From: Candidatus Marinacidobacterales bacterium
GTDB lineage: Bacteria; Acidobacteriota; Vicinamibacteria; Marinacidobacterales; DATDRI01
Direction of reading: 5' to 3'
Assembly: GCA_965226495.1 (NCBI GenBank)
Contig: OZ245365.1
Coordinates: forward strand, 2,496,001 to 2,560,000
Length of the DNA: 64,000 bases
In this document: positions 59,472 through 64,000 of the stretch, one piece after another
How positions within the stretch are numbered: position 1 is the first letter of the stretch
Layout of the letters: every line of letters begins with the position of its first letter
Made by a program: the position numbers and the translations under genes
The notes under the pieces: model-generated
Told to the model about the DNA's origin: nothing
Database searches by the model: none
Seen by the model: only the letters and a program-made list of their open reading frames with translations

Positions 59472-62042
59472 ATGATCAAAAAACTCGGTCACTACGAGGT
59501 CATCGAGCTCATTGGCTCTGGCGGAATGGGTAAAGTCTACCGGGCACGGGACACCAAGCTCGATCGGGACGTGGCGATCAAGGTGCTTCCCGAGAAGCTT
59601 TCCAACGACCCCGATTTACTGGCGCGCTTCGAGAGGGAGGCCAAAGCGGTCGCGGCCCTCTCGCACCCGAACATCCTCGCCATCCACGACTTCGGTACCG
59701 ACAACGGCGTCACCTATGCGGTCACCGAGCTCGTCGATGGAGGAACACTCCAGGAGATCCTAGAGGGCGACGGAGTACCGCAACGAAAGGCTATTGACTA
59801 TGCTCGCCAGGTGGCCAAAGGCCTGGCGGCCGCGCATGACCGGGGCATCGTCCACCGAGACCTAAAACCCGCCAACCTGATGGTCACCCGTGACGGCCGG
59901 GTAAAGATCCTCGACTTCGGTTTGGCCAAGCTGACCCACGCGGGTCAGAGTGAAGCCCCTACCATGGTGCCCGCTCCCGGCCCAGAGACCGGAGCGGGCG
60001 TTGTCCTCGGAACCGTCGGCTACATGTCTCCGGAACAAGTACGGGGACAACCGGCCGACCATCGCTCGGACATCTTCGCTTTCGGTGCGATTCTCTACGA
60101 GCTGGTCACCGGCGAGCGCGCCTTTGCGCGAGATTCGGCTGCGGAGACGATGACCGCCATTCTCAAGGAGGATCCGGGGAAGCTCTCCGAGCCAGGGGGA
60201 CCTTTACCCGCTGTTGTCGAGCGCGTCACTCGGCACTGCTTGGAGAAGAATCCCGAGGAGCGCTTCCAGTCGGCGCACGATCTAGCGTTCGCGCTCGACG
60301 CGATCGCCGAAACCTCGGGAACGAGCGAGTCGGCCGGCGTCGCGGCTCTAACCGGAGGGGCCCCGCGTCGGATTTCGATTCCGCTGGCCGGTTTGATCGC
60401 AGGGGTCACTCTGCTAGTTGGCGTTCTGGCTGGCTGGGCGATCTTCCGGGCGTCGCCGGTTCAGCCACCACAGTTCCAGCGCCTCACATTTCGACGCGGA
60501 CATGTGGTGTCGGCCCGCTTCGCGGCGGACCAGCAAACGGTGGTGTACGGAGCTTCCTGGGAAGGAGCGCCTCCCGAGATTTTCACGACTCAGATCGGGA
60601 CACCGGGTTCGCGTCCCCTCGGATTCGGTTGGGCCGACGTGCTGTCGATCTCCGCAACTGGGGAAATGGCCATTTCGCTCAACCGTCATTTCACCGTGGG
60701 CTTCGAGACGAGTGGGACGCTTGCACGGGTTCCACTCGAGGGCGGAGCTCCCCGCGAGATCCTCGAGTCCGTGCACGATGCGGACTGGGGTCCAGATGGA
60801 GAGAGCCTGGCAGTCGTGCGGACGGTTGAAGGGCAAAACCGACTCGAATATCCGATCGGCAACGTGCTCTACGACACCGATGGCTGGATTAGTAGCCTGC
60901 GCGTGAGTCCCGACGGAAAACTCATCGCCTTTAATGATCATCCGGTGCGGGGCGACAACGTGGGCCCGATGGCCGTGATCGACCTCGAGGGTAATAAGAA
61001 GCTATTCCCTGGAACTGGAGCTCCTCAAGGACTCGCCTGGTCTCCGGACAGCAAAGAAATATGGGGTGCTCAAGGGGGCACCCTTTTCGCCCAACCCCTC
61101 GACGGGGAACGCCGGGTTCTATCTAGCTCGGTTGGGAGCGGGCTGCTGATGGATGTCTCGGACGACGGGAGGCTGCTCATCGCCTCGCAGACTTCGCGTC
61201 GAGAGTTAGTGGGGAGACATCGAGCGGCGACCGAGGAGGTCAATCTTTCCTGGTTCAACTGGTCGGCGCCCAGAGCTCTCTCGGCCGATGGCAGAACCGT
61301 CTTATTCGAAGAACAAAATACGGTTCGCGCGCCCGGTGCCGGTTATCCGATGTATCTCCGCGGGACCGACGGCTCGCCACCCTTGCGTCTCGGAGACGGC
61401 ATGGGCTTGGCGCTCTCGCCCGACGGGCAATGGGCGCTGGGCCTCACCGATCCTTTCGGTGAGCCGCGGCTGATCCTCCACCCCACCGGCCCCGGCCAAA
61501 CACGGGAACTCGACATGGGCAACTTCCAGCCGCAACCGTGGGCGAGCTGGTTGCCGGATGGATCGGGAGCACTGATTGCGGGCAGCCTCGGAGGCGGAGG
61601 AGCTCGGCTGTTTTTTCATGACTTAAACAACGGCGCACCTAAACCCGTCACGCCAGAGGGGATACAATTCAACTACGACAGTAACGCCCTGTCTCCCGAT
61701 GGTGCATGGGTGGCCACGCTCTCGGCCCAGGGCGAACCCTATCGCTATCCGATCGGCGGTGGCGACGGTGAAGCTATCCCCGGTGGTGAACAGGGAGAAG
61801 TTCCCATTCAATGGGATGCCGGCGGGAACCACATCTATGTCTACAGACCGGGCGGCCTTCCGACCCAGGTCTTCAAGCTAAACCTTTCCTCCGGACAACG
61901 GGAGATCTGGAAGGAGTTGGAGCCTCCAGACAGCGCCGGTGTCTTCACCGTCAACATGATCTACATGACCCGCGACGGTGAAAGCTACGTCTACTCTTAC
62001 CGGCGGGTTCTTTCGGATCTTTATCTTGCCAGCGGGTTCTGA
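59472..62042 (+). CDS. Membrane Ser/Thr protein kinase with C-terminal TolB/PD40-like propeller
   Basis: GSGGMGKVY, VAIK, HRDLKPAN, DFGLAK, GTVGYMSPEQ, SDIFAFG, a TM segment, then SPDG repeats. Confidence 0.95.
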   Translation: MIKKLGHYEVIELIGSGGMGKVYRARDTKLDRDVAIKVLPEKLSNDPDLLARFEREAKAVAALSHPNILAIHDFGTDNGVTYAVTELVDGGTLQEILEGDGVPQRKAIDYARQVAKGLAAAHDRGIVHRDLKPANLMVTRDGRVKILDFGLAKLTHAGQSEAPTMVPAPGPETGAGVVLGTVGYMSPEQVRGQPADHRSDIFAFGAILYELVTGERAFARDSAAETMTAILKEDPGKLSEPGGPLPAVVERVTRHCLEKNPEERFQSAHDLAFALDAIAETSGTSESAGVAALTGGAPRRISIPLAGLIAGVTLLVGVLAGWAIFRASPVQPPQFQRLTFRRGHVVSARFAADQQTVVYGASWEGAPPEIFTTQIGTPGSRPLGFGWADVLSISATGEMAISLNRHFTVGFETSGTLARVPLEGGAPREILESVHDADWGPDGESLAVVRTVEGQNRLEYPIGNVLYDTDGWISSLRVSPDGKLIAFNDHPVRGDNVGPMAVIDLEGNKKLFPGTGAPQGLAWSPDSKEIWGAQGGTLFAQPLDGERRVLSSSVGSGLLMDVSDDGRLLIASQTSRRELVGRHRAATEEVNLSWFNWSAPRALSADGRTVLFEEQNTVRAPGAGYPMYLRGTDGSPPLRLGDGMGLALSPDGQWALGLTDPFGEPRLILHPTGPGQTRELDMGNFQPQPWASWLPDGSGALIAGSLGGGGARLFFHDLNNGAPKPVTPEGIQFNYDSNALSPDGAWVATLSAQGEPYRYPIGGGDGEAIPGGEQGEVPIQWDAGGNHIYVYRPGGLPTQVFKLNLSSGQREIWKELEPPDSAGVFTVNMIYMTRDGESYVYSYRRVLSDLYLASGF

Positions 62043-62272
62043 GAGATAAGTGCGACCGGAATCAGGATGTGAAATCCATAATCGACCCTTCGAGCACGAC
62101 CTCCACTGACGTTGGCCTTCGCAGCGTTGGCTCTACTCGCCTTCTTCTGCTAACCTCGCCCGCAACAAATGGCAGTTCCCAATTTCTCCACCTCTTCGCA
62201 ACCCGACGTGAACTTAGGTCGGGTGAATAGGTTCAAATATTCGTACGCGTGTGGTAACCGGGAGGCCCTCCA

Positions 62273-64000
62273 ATGGAACACGATTCGAAAACACAGAACT
62301 CCAGCTGGACTCGACGGCAGTTTCTAACGCGAGTCGGGCACGCAGGAGGCTCGGCCGCACTCTACGAAACCATGGTCGCCCTCGGGATGATTCGAACACC
62401 ACCGGCCTGGGCTGGCCCGCTTCAAATGAGTCCGGGACACGGCACCGGTCGATCGGTCTTGATTCTCGGTGCGGGCATCGGCGGACTGACGACGGCTTAC
62501 GTCCTGAGTAAGTACGGTTACCGCTGCGAGATCTTGGAGGCCTCGTCGCGCGCCGGTGGGCGAAACTTGACCGCCCGTCGTGGGAGTGTCGTCGTCGAAG
62601 AAAGCGACGCCAACGGCACGACGTACCAGGAGTGTCAGTTCGACGACGGTTTGTATTTGAACATGGGCCCGGGTCGACTCCCCTACCATCACCGTCGCGT
62701 CCTCGGCTATTGCCGGGAGCTCGGCGTGACGCTCGAGCCGTACATCATGAACACGACCGGGAACCTCTTTCAATCTAGGAAATCGTTCGAAGGCGCCCCC
62801 TCGATCTACCGCCAAGTGCAAAACGATGCGCGCGGGTACATCGCTGAGCTCCTCGCCAAGGCCGTCAACCAGGGAGCGCTTCAAGACGAGCTGAACCGTG
62901 ACGATCGTGAGCGGCTGCTCAGCCTCTTGGAAAGATTCGGACCACTGGGTGTCAAGACGCGTGGCTGTGACGCCCCGCCGGACTACACCTATCAAGGCTC
63001 GACGCGCGCCGGGTGTGGCTCCGACCTAAACGGTAACCCAACACCGAGTGTCTTCTACAACTGCGAGATCCCGAGCCATTCGCCACTCGATCAACTGCTC
63101 CGGGCCGAATTCTGGAAAGATAGTTTCTACAACCCCGTCGAGTTCTTATGGCAGCCCACGCTCTTCCAGCCGGCGGGGGGCATGGACGCCATCGTCGATG
63201 GTTTCATCAACAAAGTAGGAGCTCTCATCACCTACAACGCGCCGGTCGTGCATATCGACGCCAGAAACGACGGTGTCGCGGTCACCTACAAACAGGGCGA
63301 CCAGGACATCACAAGACAAGCCGACTATTGTGTGAGCAATATTCCCTGTCCCGTTCTGACGGAGATCACCAACAATTTCGAGCCCCGTTTCGCCGAAGCG
63401 GTGCGGCGAACGGCATTCGCTTCGTCGTGTAAGGTTGGATGGCAGACTAACACTCGCTTCTGGGAGTCCGACAAGTATCAAATCTACGGAGGCATCAGCT
63501 GGACCGACGACATCATCGAGCAGATCTGGTATCCCTCGAACGACTACTTCTCTCAGAAGGGCACGCTCACGGGCGCTTACATTCACGACGGTGTTTGTGC
63601 CGACGACCCCCACAACGCGACGGAGTTCGGGACCTATAGCCTGGAGAAACGGTTGGCGGTCGCGAAGGAAGGCGGGCGGCGGTTACATGACGAATTCGAT
63701 AGTGACGCGATCGTGCCAACCGCGCTCGGATTGTCCATCGCGTGGCAGAACGTACCGCACCAACGAGGCGCGTGGGCGGCTTGGGGCAGCGAACAGCACG
63801 ACGATGCTGACTATGTTCGGTTACTACTTCCCGATCGCCGCTTCTACGTCGTCGGTGATCAGGTCTCTACCCTTCCTGGGTGGCAGGAAGGTGCGATGAT
63901 GTCTGCTGAGCACGTCGTGGAGTTGATCAGCGGATTGAAGCCGCACAGGGTTCCGAAGGACACGACGGCGCCCGATACTATCAAGGTGACCCGAGGCCAC
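62273..64000 (+). CDS. Tat-exported flavin monoamine oxidase / L-amino-acid oxidase family, runs off the right edge
   Basis: Own translation: MEHDSKTQNSSWTRRQFL (Tat), VLILGAGIGGLTTAY, ILEASSRAGGR, NMGPGRLP, GGMD, GDQVSTLPGWQEGA. Missing from the ORF track because it has no stop in the window. Confidence 0.88.
   Translation, partial: MEHDSKTQNSSWTRRQFLTRVGHAGGSAALYETMVALGMIRTPPAWAGPLQMSPGHGTGRSVLILGAGIGGLTTAYVLSKYGYRCEILEASSRAGGRNLTARRGSVVVEESDANGTTYQECQFDDGLYLNMGPGRLPYHHRRVLGYCRELGVTLEPYIMNTTGNLFQSRKSFEGAPSIYRQVQNDARGYIAELLAKAVNQGALQDELNRDDRERLLSLLERFGPLGVKTRGCDAPPDYTYQGSTRAGCGSDLNGNPTPSVFYNCEIPSHSPLDQLLRAEFWKDSFYNPVEFLWQPTLFQPAGGMDAIVDGFINKVGALITYNAPVVHIDARNDGVAVTYKQGDQDITRQADYCVSNIPCPVLTEITNNFEPRFAEAVRRTAFASSCKVGWQTNTRFWESDKYQIYGGISWTDDIIEQIWYPSNDYFSQKGTLTGAYIHDGVCADDPHNATEFGTYSLEKRLAVAKEGGRRLHDEFDSDAIVPTALGLSIAWQNVPHQRGAWAAWGSEQHDDADYVRLLLPDRRFYVVGDQVSTLPGWQEGAMMSAEHVVELISGLKPHRVPKDTTAPDTIKVTRGH

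Noticed and set aside
1-64000. tRNA (including selC), rRNA or riboswitches
   Set aside because: No recognisable cloverleaf or conserved RNA motif was seen by eye. A covariance-model scan would be needed to exclude them.

Overview
A GC-rich bacterial window whose gene content suggests Acidobacteriota (inference: Hanks-type Ser/Thr kinases, an Oar-like TonB-dependent receptor, an FG-GAP/ASPIC protein, a PEP-CTERM protein). It is dominated by exported hydrolases: about 10 amidohydrolase-superfamily genes, two M28 peptidases, S9/M20/M23 peptidases, a sulfatase and an L-amino-acid oxidase. Top observations: (1) Two adjacent minus-strand ORFs (48828-47008 and 46986-45163) are in frame and separated only by a TGA, followed 11 nt later by a fdhF-like SECIS hairpin. 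This predicts a single ~1221-aa secreted FG-GAP/ASPIC-UnbV + thioredoxin(CxxC) + TPR selenoprotein. (2) A dispersed ~35-bp palindrome-plus-direct-repeat element occurs seven times at gene boundaries, and an intact IS1182 has inserted into one copy. (3) A near-identical 2031-bp duplication of a DUF885 gene flanks an AT-richer M23 island and has a templated junction. (4) Several genes are frameshifted or truncated, one by a 19-bp tandem duplication. No rRNA, tRNA or CRISPR array was seen. All family assignments come from reading motifs, not database searches.
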